From Nostoc sp. DedSLP01 (lineage in GTDB: Bacteria > Cyanobacteriota > Cyanobacteriia > Cyanobacteriales > Nostocaceae): a stretch of DNA of 64,000 nt. Positions within the stretch are counted from its first letter, which is position 1. Every line of letters starts with the position of its first letter. Below are positions 40,428 through 48,880 of this stretch, one piece after another. The notes under the pieces are model-generated. The model was given only the letters and a program-made list of their open reading frames with translations, had not been told where the DNA came from and did no database searches. The stretch is taken from positions 32,001-96,000 of the forward strand of contig JAVRCJ020000014.1 in NCBI GenBank assembly GCA_034530875.2, given 5' to 3'. The translations under genes and the position numbers were made by a program.

Positions 40428-41420
40428 ATGAATAGTCAGCAATTTAATGAAGCTCTAGAAATGCTAATCAAAGCACCTCGTAAGGTGGAGGTGTTGAAGT
40501 TATTGCTGGCTGGATACACTAATAATGAGATTGCTCAGTTGAGGCATCGTGCAGAAGGAACTGTACGTAAGCAAATTTCAAATGTATATAAGGATTTTGG
40601 TATTAAAAGTGAATTTCCAGGCGATAACGCTTTGAGAGACAAGTTAAAGGCTCTATTTCTCAAGTACAAGCCTGAGTGGGTAGGTAATTGCTCTCCTGCT
40701 ATTACTAATCAAATTAGCAACCAATTAGAAAATATAAACAATGATGGTATGCCTTCTTTAGTTTCCTCAGGTGGGGAAATTTTTGAAGAAATTGGCGAGG
40801 AATTGATGTTTTTAGCTATCAATATACTTCACGAAATTGGTTTTGAGCAAAAATTTAAGATGAGCCAGGCATCACAATGTATAGGATATAGACTTAAAAA
40901 TCCTGGAAAAATACATAAACGATATCAAATATTTTTCTACCAAAATCTATACGGTTTAGGTATTTCTATTAATAAATTTCTTTTAGATCCATATCTGCTA
41001 AATTTATACTATTGGGCATACATTCCTGATATTTTCTTACAGAGGATAGCAGGAAGATTTTTAGTATTACCCGGTAAAGAAAATTTATTTTTGGATTCAC
41101 TTCATCCTAAATACTGGAATATCTTAGAAATTGAAAGAAAAACATTAGGGGATTTTTATCTGAATGGGCAAGAAAATCCAGAGAGATACGATGAGATGAC
41201 AAATGAATTCAGCACAAGATGTTTAGAGGAATTTAATGAATTCAATTTAAGCGATCCTCAAAGTTATCTATGTATTTGGGAAGATAAAAAATTCGATTAT
41301 ACATGGGTAATGTTTATAGATTCGAGGGAGGTATTACAAGAAGTTATCAGATACTTTGGAAAAATATTACTAGATATTGACTGGGATAACATATATGATG
41401 ATACTAATATACCTTTTTAA
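40428..41420 (+). CDS. N-terminal LuxR-type HTH protein with an unknown C-terminal domain
   Basis: EVLKLLLAGYTNNEIAQL...EGTVRKQISNVYKDFGI; AT-rich gene. Confidence 0.8.
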   Translation: MNSQQFNEALEMLIKAPRKVEVLKLLLAGYTNNEIAQLRHRAEGTVRKQISNVYKDFGIKSEFPGDNALRDKLKALFLKYKPEWVGNCSPAITNQISNQLENINNDGMPSLVSSGGEIFEEIGEELMFLAINILHEIGFEQKFKMSQASQCIGYRLKNPGKIHKRYQIFFYQNLYGLGISINKFLLDPYLLNLYYWAYIPDIFLQRIAGRFLVLPGKENLFLDSLHPKYWNILEIERKTLGDFYLNGQENPERYDEMTNEFSTRCLEEFNEFNLSDPQSYLCIWEDKKFDYTWVMFIDSREVLQEVIRYFGKILLDIDWDNIYDDTNIPF

Positions 41421-41565
41421 GTAAGCCCATAAATTTAAGTTTATTAAAATAATATAAAAAGCGGTTATACACATGAATAAAATACTGACTTTCAGAATAA
41501 ATTTAGGACTAAAAGCTTTATAGTTAATTTATATTAAAGTTCACTAAGTGACTTAAGAACTAAAA

Positions 41566-41853
41566 ATGCCTAACCAAATAAACTACACCGAAGCGTGCAA
41601 TAATTTTGACAAAATTTATGAAAAGGCAATTAGCAGCCGCGAACCTGTAGTGGTAAATCGGGAAGGTGCTGAAAGTGTATCCGTAATTCCGACTGCGGAA
41701 CTTAATAGCATTATAGAAACGGCATATTTGTTTCAATCGCCGGAAAATGCAGCACGACTTATAGATGCTTTACAACGTGTTAAGGCTAAGACTAATCAAC
41801 CTCAGTCTATAGACGAACTCCGCAAGAAATTTGGACTTGAGAAAGAAGAGTAA
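41566..41853 (+). CDS. yefM: Phd/YefM antitoxin
   Basis: NYTEACNNF...EPVVVNR...ETAYLFQSPENAARL. Confidence 0.88.
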   Translation: MPNQINYTEACNNFDKIYEKAISSREPVVVNREGAESVSVIPTAELNSIIETAYLFQSPENAARLIDALQRVKAKTNQPQSIDELRKKFGLEKEE

Positions 41854-41862
41854 ATAAATTTA

Positions 41863-42195
41863 CTGTCTTCAGATAATTTAGAACCAGAAGCCTTTTCTCA
41901 AGCTGAAATTTCTCAACAAGATAATTCAGAACGCGACCTCGTTTTTGACCGGAGGTTTTTGGAAGACCTTACCTACTGGGTAGAAACAAATAGAAAAACT
42001 GCACTCCGCGTTTTATCTTTAGTTGAAGAGATTAGGCGCAATCCTTTTGAAGGATCGGGTAAGCCAGAAATATTGAGGTATCAAGATGCGAATGTCTGGT
42101 CGCGGCGAATTAATCAAACTGACCGTATTGTTTATGTAGTTACTGATAACAGAGTTGAGTTTATTCAAGCTCGATATCATTATAGCGATCGCTAA
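41863..42195 (+). CDS. yoeB: Txe/YoeB toxin (start uncertain, possibly frameshifted)
   Basis: RDLVFDRRFLEDL.YW...NPFEGSGKPE.L...WSRRINQTDRIVY...QARYHY; the first canonical start (TTG 41959) lies inside the domain. Confidence 0.75.
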   Translation: MSSDNLEPEAFSQAEISQQDNSERDLVFDRRFLEDLTYWVETNRKTALRVLSLVEEIRRNPFEGSGKPEILRYQDANVWSRRINQTDRIVYVVTDNRVEFIQARYHYSDR

Positions 42196-42331
42196 CCTTA
42201 TTTTTTATTGTTTGGCACTTTATTTTGATTTGATTATACGCCAGAAGAAAACCTGAAGTGCATTGAAGCCGCAAACGCTTATTTGCTAATATTTCCAGTG
42301 CGACAACATTCAAACAGGGCAACTGGTCATC

Positions 42332-43336
42332 ATGGCAACATCTACAATTGACAATCGAGACGCAGCTGCTATCCAAGCTGCAAAAGAAGGGGTTGCAATA
42401 TACAATCGCACCGCCTGGGGACGCATCAAAGTAGCTGGCGATGACCGACTCCGCTTTTTACACAACCAAAGTACTAACGATTTTCTTTCCCTCAAACCAG
42501 GACAAGGTTGCGATACAGTTTTCGTCACTTCCACAGCTAGAACAATTGACTTAGTAACCGCCTACGTCAGAGAAGATGCGGTCATTCTGCTGGTTTCGCC
42601 TAACCGCCGCCAGTTTCTCATGGAATGGCTGGATAAATACATTTTCTTTGCCGATAAGGTGGAGTTATCTGATATCACAGAATTTACCAACACCCTCAGC
42701 CTCATTGGCCCCGGAAGCGACGCTGTAATTGAAAAGCTGGGTATTGGCGAACTCATCGCTCAACCTTACGCCAATCACCAAGTATACACTATTGCTAATG
42801 CTCAGGGAGTCCGAGTTGCTGTAGGTAGTGGGTTAACAATTCCCGGATATACTTTAACTTTTCCTTACACTGACAAAGCAACAGTGTGGGAGAAACTGTT
42901 AGCAGCTGGCGCAGTAGAGATGAGCGATCGCGCTTGGGATATGTTGCGAATCTTACAAGGACGCCCCACCCCAGACGCAGAACTCACCGATGATTACAAC
43001 CCTCTAGAAGCTGGCTTGTGGCAGACAATTTCTTTTAATAAAGGTTGCTATATCGGGCAAGAAACCATTGCCCGGTTAAATACATATAAAGGTGTAAAAC
43101 AGCACTTATTCGGTGTTAAACTCAGTGCCCCTGCGGAAACTGGTAGTGCGATCGCCATTGGAGATGAAAAGGTCGGCAAACTTACCAGTTATACACAAAC
43201 TCCTGATGGTGATTTTGGATTAGGTTATATCCGCACCAAAGCTGGTGGTGTGGGCTTAAAAGTTAAAATTGGAGAAACTGAAGGCGAAATAGTAGAAATT
43301 CCATTTGTTTCTCACGAATACCCAGAAATTAAATAA
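42332..43336 (+). CDS. ygfZ: Folate-binding protein YgfZ
   Basis: KGCYIGQE signature; FLHNQSTND. Confidence 0.93.
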   Translation: MATSTIDNRDAAAIQAAKEGVAIYNRTAWGRIKVAGDDRLRFLHNQSTNDFLSLKPGQGCDTVFVTSTARTIDLVTAYVREDAVILLVSPNRRQFLMEWLDKYIFFADKVELSDITEFTNTLSLIGPGSDAVIEKLGIGELIAQPYANHQVYTIANAQGVRVAVGSGLTIPGYTLTFPYTDKATVWEKLLAAGAVEMSDRAWDMLRILQGRPTPDAELTDDYNPLEAGLWQTISFNKGCYIGQETIARLNTYKGVKQHLFGVKLSAPAETGSAIAIGDEKVGKLTSYTQTPDGDFGLGYIRTKAGGVGLKVKIGETEGEIVEIPFVSHEYPEIK

Positions 43337-44261
43337 AAATATCTTCTTGCTGTTCGTATCTGCTACCTTGACAAAATTCATCTACCCAGGAAGCTACACT
43401 CCGGGCGTTAGTGCTGCGTATTATACGAAGTTTGGTTTTAATTTCTTGTGGTGTATTAATATCCTGGGTATTTTTAGAAACTTCGGTAGTAATTACGAGC
43501 GATCGCCCTGGTTTATCTGTAGTAATAGCTAGCGATGGCTGCGCCAACGTCTTCGACGAACGCATTGGTTTGCTGTGACTGGAAACTTCAGCGTTCAATG
43601 GCACAGATGGCATGGTTTTGGCTTTGCTGTTCGCCTGGGAGTTAATTGTCAGCGTTGTTCCTGAAGGTGTGCGATCGAGCGTCAACTTTACTGCTTTATT
43701 TTCCCTGAGTAAACTGGAATCTGGCTTGATTGAATGTAACCCTTTTACAGAATTATTGGCAGGCATCTTAGTAATAACTGCGACTAATGTCCCAGATTTG
43801 GATCTGCGATCGAGTTCGGTAATATCTGTAAATGATGTTACAGACTGCTGTAAGCGTAGCAAATCTGAGTCTAGTGTATTCACAGAAAAATCAGGCACAA
43901 CCTTGGTCGGAGTTAACACCAATGGTACAGCTTTATTCTCATCAGAAAAGTTATCTTCTAACGGCTCACTTTCAACTTTGTTTTCTGATTTGATTAAACG
44001 TAACTCTTCATCAGGATTAAAGTTGAGACCTAAAGCTGCGACTATTTTATCGGGATTATTATTTAAATCCATGATAAAAGCAAGCATCTCATCAAACTGC
44101 GGTTCTAAAACAGACAGCGTTGCCAAAATAAAACCAGACGAAGGACGCCGCAGGCCATCATAAGTAGCCCAAATTCGCATTTTAACCAGCCAGGAAATAT
44201 TTTGCTCGTAGTAACTCAGCCACTTCTGTTTTAAGGATTGACGCAGTTGCTGGATATTCAT
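43329..44261 (-). CDS. Hypothetical protein (DUF5331-like N-terminus, low-complexity tail)
   Basis: LKQKWLSYY...RRPSSGFILATLSVLEP...LGLNFNPD. Confidence 0.7.
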   Translation of the reverse strand: MNIQQLRQSLKQKWLSYYEQNISWLVKMRIWATYDGLRRPSSGFILATLSVLEPQFDEMLAFIMDLNNNPDKIVAALGLNFNPDEELRLIKSENKVESEPLEDNFSDENKAVPLVLTPTKVVPDFSVNTLDSDLLRLQQSVTSFTDITELDRRSKSGTLVAVITKMPANNSVKGLHSIKPDSSLLRENKAVKLTLDRTPSGTTLTINSQANSKAKTMPSVPLNAEVSSHSKPMRSSKTLAQPSLAITTDKPGRSLVITTEVSKNTQDINTPQEIKTKLRIIRSTNARSVASWVDEFCQGSRYEQQEDIFI

Positions 44262-44435
44262 CTAATGCCTCACTTAGGTCAAACAATTTTGTATTTTGCG
44301 AAAAGTTAGAGCAGAGGTTTCCGACGCTCGCGGACTCGCTAAGGCTACGCTATCTATAGACGCTTTGCGGCTTGCCGCAGGCATCAAAACTTTGCAAGAC
44401 GGATTTTAGATTTTGGATTTACCCTACCGATAAAC

Positions 44436-44570
44436 CAATACGGTTCGGTTAACGTGTTTATTTCTCGAAGATCCCCCCAACCCCCCTTATAAAGTGGGGC
44501 TTACAACCCTCTTTTACCCCCTTTTTAAGGGGGTCGCCGTAGGCGGGGGGATCTTAACCGAACCGTATTG
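44436..44570. repeat. MITE-like element with CAATACGGTTCGGTTAA / TTAACCGAACCGTATTG ends and poly-C/poly-G hairpin cargo
   Basis: Perfect 17-bp inverted ends; related ends at 34070, 35515-35597 and 37153. Confidence 0.8.
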
Positions 44571-44656
44571 ACTGAGAAACAGGTAGGGCTGGAGGCTCAA
44601 AAGACACTTGATGGCTTGCTAACATTTGGCAGCGAACAAGAGTGCAGACTTTATTT

Positions 44657-44983
44657 TTAGGAATGAAAACGATGATAGAGCATTTGTTTGACTCTTTGAC
44701 CGCCTAACAAATGCTGTTCTACCAGTAGAGATACTTCATCGGGCTGAACGCCGCTATACCAGATTACATCGGGTAATACCAGCACCATCGGCCCATTGCC
44801 ACATTGTCCCAAACAGCTGCTAGCTATTACTGTGACGCCGGGAATTGGTAAAACCTTAAAAGCTGCTAAAACTTTAGCAGCGCCTTGCTTTTTACAAGTG
44901 CGATTTTGGCAAACCCGCACGCATGTAGGAAAAGAAGGTTGGTCTATTGTGAAAGAGTCTGATGGTTGAGTGATGTTTGTCAT
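44657..44983 (-). CDS. Thioredoxin-like [2Fe-2S] ferredoxin
   Basis: VCQNRTC...SSCLGQCGNGPMV...WY. Confidence 0.88.
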   Translation of the reverse strand: MTNITQPSDSFTIDQPSFPTCVRVCQNRTCKKQGAAKVLAAFKVLPIPGVTVIASSCLGQCGNGPMVLVLPDVIWYSGVQPDEVSLLVEQHLLGGQRVKQMLYHRFHS

Positions 44984-45185
44984 TGGTCATTGGTCATTGT
45001 TTATGGGGCATTGGGCATGGGACATTGGGAATTGGAAATGCTAACTGTTAATTGGGGACTGGGAGTGCTGAGTGCTGAGTTCAGAGTTAGGAGTTAAGAG
45101 TTATTATTCTCCCCACACCTCCCCATCTCTCTAGTCCCCTTGTCCTCTTCCTATGCCCAATGCCCAATGCCCCATGCCCAATGCT
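44980..45185. repeat. STRR heptamer repeats (TCATTGG, TTGGGCA, TGCTGAG, TGCCCAA)
   Basis: Tandem heptamers read directly. Confidence 0.8.
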
Positions 45186-46159
45186 TAATCTACTAAAAGC
45201 CCTTTTGCAGCTAACCATTCGGGGTTGAATATGCGCGACTGATAGCGAGAACCGCTATCACATAAAATGGTGACGATGGTATGTCCCGGGCCTAACTGTT
45301 TGGCTAGGGCAACAGCAGCCCCAACATTAATACCCGTTGAACCACCCATTAACAAGCCATCTTTTCTCAATAGCTGATAAACTACCCGCAAAGCTTCTTT
45401 GTCGTCGATTTGGATAGCGTCATCCGCAGGTGCGCCTTCCATATTTGCTGTGACTCGACCATTACCGATGCCCTCGGTGATGGAATTTCCTTCCATTTTG
45501 ATTTCGCCAGTTTTGACATAGCTATAAAGTCCACTACCCAAGGGGTCGGCAACAACGCATTTAATGGCCTGATTTTGTTCTTTTAAGTACATCGCTACAC
45601 CAGCAAAAGTACCGCCAGTACCAGTTGCAGCTGTCCATGCATCTATTTTACCATCTGTCTGTTTCCAAATTTCTGGCCCTGTGGTTTCGTAGTGGGCGCG
45701 GCGGTTGGCTAAATTATCAAACTGATTTGCCCAAATGGCGTTTTCTAATTCTGCGGCTACTCTACCAGATAGCTTGACGTAGTTGTTGGGGTCTTTGTAG
45801 GGTACGGCTGGGACGGGACGGACTTCTGCTCCCAAGGCTGTCAATGCGTCTATCTTTTCTTGTGATTGGGTATCAGGGATGATAATTAGGCATTTGTAGC
45901 CTTTGGCGTTGCAAATATGCGCTAGTCCAATGCCGGTATTACCAGCAGTTCCTTCGACAACGGTACCGCCAGGTTTGAGTAAACCTTTCTCTTCTGCGTC
46001 TTGGATGATGTAAAGTGCGGCGCGGTCTTTGACGGAACCGCCAGGATTGAGAAATTCTGCTTTACCAAGGATTTCGCACCCTGTTTCTTCACTAAAGCTG
46101 TTTAAGCGAATCAAAGGTGTGTTACCAACAGCGCCGACGAAGCCATCTTTAATGTCCAT
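45185..46159 (-). CDS. cysK: Cysteine synthase (PLP-dependent)
   Basis: GNTPLI, KAEFLNPGGSVKDR, GTGGT, TILCDSGSRY. Confidence 0.9.
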   Translation of the reverse strand: MDIKDGFVGAVGNTPLIRLNSFSEETGCEILGKAEFLNPGGSVKDRAALYIIQDAEEKGLLKPGGTVVEGTAGNTGIGLAHICNAKGYKCLIIIPDTQSQEKIDALTALGAEVRPVPAVPYKDPNNYVKLSGRVAAELENAIWANQFDNLANRRAHYETTGPEIWKQTDGKIDAWTAATGTGGTFAGVAMYLKEQNQAIKCVVADPLGSGLYSYVKTGEIKMEGNSITEGIGNGRVTANMEGAPADDAIQIDDKEALRVVYQLLRKDGLLMGGSTGINVGAAVALAKQLGPGHTIVTILCDSGSRYQSRIFNPEWLAAKGLLVD

Positions 46160-46328
46160 TTTGACTCTACCTATATTTTCTTCTGTTTTCTTCTATAAAA
46201 ATTTTGGCTTATAGCGGTGGCACGATTGACACATCTCCAGAAATAACCATAAAAGTTGCAAACCAGTGCGTAAAATCCCATACTCAAGATGTATCCAGTA
46301 TTAATCCCAATGTTTGCTACAAAGCTAA

Positions 46329-47168
46329 ATGTACAACTATAATCAGTCTTCTTTTTCCTCTCAGCCTTCCACTACTGGTTCGTTGTCAATCCAGCGCGGA
46401 AATTACTTCAACTATGTAGTGCCAAGTGGTTGGCGAGTGGTTGAGGATGGACAATTTGCCGTTGTCCTATGTTCCCCAGACAATGCTGCTTTGACAATTA
46501 TGGTAGGAAATTCTGGACTGCCAGTGAACTATAACCCTGGGCAGTTTGTTTACGAGAAGCTGTTGGCAATGCAGCCGTATCAATTGCTCTTGGGTCAGCC
46601 CCGCCAAGCTCAACCGATCGCTGGATGTTCGGTTGCTTATGAGTTTGATTGCACGTATATATACAATGGTATCCCCTGTCAAGGAATAGCCAAGTGCAGC
46701 GTCGCATATAGCTATAACCTGTGTACGATGGTGATGACTTGTGCAGCATCCCACCAATCGCAGTGGGCTAATTATGCCTCATGGTTGCCACAGGTAGCAT
46801 GTCAAGTTGCGGCAACGAATGGAGCAGCCTTCGGAATGCAAGGAATTATGGCGCAAAATATAGACATTTCAGTTACCGAAGGGCAAAGGCAGACGGAATA
46901 CCGCGAATGGTCTAAGCGTACATGGGACGAGGTAAGCCGCCAACGAGGTGAGTTTATAGACCGTCAAAACTTCCAGTTTCGTGAGAACTTGGGCAATGTA
47001 ACAACTTGGACAAATCCTTACGGTTATCCAACTGTCGAGTTACCAACAGACTACAACTACTATTGGATAAATCGTCAAGGACAAATATATGGTACAAATA
47101 ACCCCGGTGAAAATCCGAATGTCGGCTCAACTCAAGATTGGATAAGGATGAATCGGTATCTACCCTAA
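46329..47168 (+). CDS. Hypothetical protein
   Basis: 279-aa ORF filling the space between cysK and Uma2; no family recognised. Confidence 0.7.
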   Translation: MYNYNQSSFSSQPSTTGSLSIQRGNYFNYVVPSGWRVVEDGQFAVVLCSPDNAALTIMVGNSGLPVNYNPGQFVYEKLLAMQPYQLLLGQPRQAQPIAGCSVAYEFDCTYIYNGIPCQGIAKCSVAYSYNLCTMVMTCAASHQSQWANYASWLPQVACQVAATNGAAFGMQGIMAQNIDISVTEGQRQTEYREWSKRTWDEVSRQRGEFIDRQNFQFRENLGNVTTWTNPYGYPTVELPTDYNYYWINRQGQIYGTNNPGENPNVGSTQDWIRMNRYLP

Positions 47169-47200
47169 ATCTTGCTGCGTTCCCAATGTTGCGATCGCTT

Positions 47201-47785
47201 CTACCAAACTTTACTCATATTTAAAACAAACCCAGGTAATACAGGTTCGCCGCTAACAGTCGCGGGATTTTCTAGACATTCCTCTGGTATACCAGGACGA
47301 TAAATATAAACTCGGCGATGCTTGCGGTCAATCAAAAAGCCTAGCTGTATTCCTGGCTCCCTCATATATTCCTCCATTTTTTCTTTCAAGCGTTGGAGGT
47401 TATCAGAAGGCGACCTGAGTTCAACTACAAAATCTGGACAGATGGGGGCAAATCTTTGCTGTTGTTCTGGAGAAAGAGTATTCCACCTTGATAGTTGAAT
47501 CCAGGAAGCATCGGGAGAACGCTCTGCACCTGTTGATAGTTTAAATCCCGTGCTCGAAGAAAAAGCAATGCCTGTTTGGTCTTCGTCCGCCCAGTTCATT
47601 AACTGCTGAGTTATTCTAGCATCTCGGTTACCTGTTTCTGAACCAGTGGGCGACATAATTGATATTTCTCCAAATTGATTCCGCTCAATGCGTAAGTCAC
47701 GGTTCACCTGACAAAACTCAAAAAATTGCTCGTCTGTCATTTGCATTGAGGGGGGAAATTGCACAACTAAAGGGGATGAAAGCAC
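47201..47785 (-). CDS. Uma2 (DUF820) family PD-(D/E)XK endonuclease
   Basis: RSPDASW, PICPDFVVELRSPSD, EPVLPGF; GGAGG RBS before the GTG at 47785. Confidence 0.92.
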   Translation of the reverse strand: MLSSPLVVQFPPSMQMTDEQFFEFCQVNRDLRIERNQFGEISIMSPTGSETGNRDARITQQLMNWADEDQTGIAFSSSTGFKLSTGAERSPDASWIQLSRWNTLSPEQQQRFAPICPDFVVELRSPSDNLQRLKEKMEEYMREPGIQLGFLIDRKHRRVYIYRPGIPEECLENPATVSGEPVLPGFVLNMSKVW

Positions 47786-48135
47786 GATGGTTTCCTCCAG
47801 GTTTTGCTGTTTACCCAGCAGATTAATTCCATAGTACACACGTTCCTGTCCTATCCAAATCCATACTGCTATAAATAAACAATTTGAGGCAGTTGTAAGA
47901 TGATATCAAGTCCAATATATAATCGCTTTTTTGGTGAGGTTATTGTTACTCTGCAAGTGTCTCTACAAGGGGCGATCGTTTTTGCGATCGCATTTCCATT
48001 TTGTTCGCAATATCTGTTTTACTAGGGGCGATCGCCTCTGCTACAGTTTCCCCGAAGTATAAAAGCTAGTTGCTTCTATCATCTCCAGCGATCGCGGCAT
48101 AATAAAAACTAAACCTTAAAATTCTGAAGTAGGCA

Positions 48136-48414
48136 ATGAATACTACCGATAATTCTCCGATGGATGATGGATCGTCAGCAGATTTGATTTCTGTCGCAGA
48201 GTTACAGCAACAGCTTAATGACTTACTCCAGCAACTATCTCCAGAACGATTACGGGTGCTGACTGATTTTGCTGCTTATTTGGCAAATGCTGAAAGCGAA
48301 GCTGCAACCCAAGAACTTTTGGCAATTCCTGGATTGTTAGAGCGAGTTAAGCAAAATCAAGTAACGCCTAAAGCCCAATACACCCCCTGGAGAACTCTTC
48401 GCTCTGATGTATGA
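48136..48414 (+). CDS. Putative antitoxin of the RelE toxin
   Basis: Overlaps the RelE gene; ATQELLAIPGLLE motif. Confidence 0.75.
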   Translation: MNTTDNSPMDDGSSADLISVAELQQQLNDLLQQLSPERLRVLTDFAAYLANAESEAATQELLAIPGLLERVKQNQVTPKAQYTPWRTLRSDV

Positions 48415-48670
48415 AGTTATTCTTCATCCCGATGTACAAGAAGTTTATGTCAATGCTGACAGAGCTTTTGCTAAGAAAATTGCCCGATGTTTGCAGCAGC
48501 TAGAACAAACTCCTCGATCGCACCCCAACATTAAAGCCCTGAAGGGAGATTATACAGGTTACTATCGCTACCGAATCGGGGATTACAGAGTCATTTATTC
48601 TATAGACGATGAAGTTGTGCAGGTACTTGTTGTGGCGATCGCTCATCGCAGTCAGGTATATAAACCATAA
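48407..48670 (+). CDS. relE: RelE/ParE family toxin
   Basis: IKALKG...YRYRIGDYRVIY.I...V.VVAIAHR..VY. Confidence 0.9.
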   Translation: MYEVILHPDVQEVYVNADRAFAKKIARCLQQLEQTPRSHPNIKALKGDYTGYYRYRIGDYRVIYSIDDEVVQVLVVAIAHRSQVYKP

Positions 48671-48677
48671 AGGCGAT

Positions 48678-48698
48678 GCCTGCGGCGGGCTACGCCTA
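48678..48698. repeat. 21-nt SDR5-like insertion splitting a HIP1 site
   Basis: GCGAT|GCCTGCGGCGGGCTACGCCTA|CGC; the sister repeat at 47984 has an intact GCGATCGC. Confidence 0.7.
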
Positions 48699-48880
48699 CG
48701 CATTTCCATTCTGTTTACAATATCTGTTTTATTAGGGGCGATCGTATTTCCTGGATTGTGGAAATATCAGAGGCGATAGATTTACGAGATGCTTAAGAGA
48801 TGCGATGAATCGCGTCTTTACAAGAGATTGCTGCTTCTACATTTCGCTTATGTTTTGGTTGGAGGAAGTATTTTTCTTTC

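Larger units (their letters stand above)
47989..48744. repeat. ~46-bp direct repeats (47989-48034 and 48699-48744) flanking the RelBE module
   Basis: CGCATTTCCATT(T/C)TGTT..CAATATCTGTTTTA(C/T)TAGGGGCGATCG. Confidence 0.85.
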
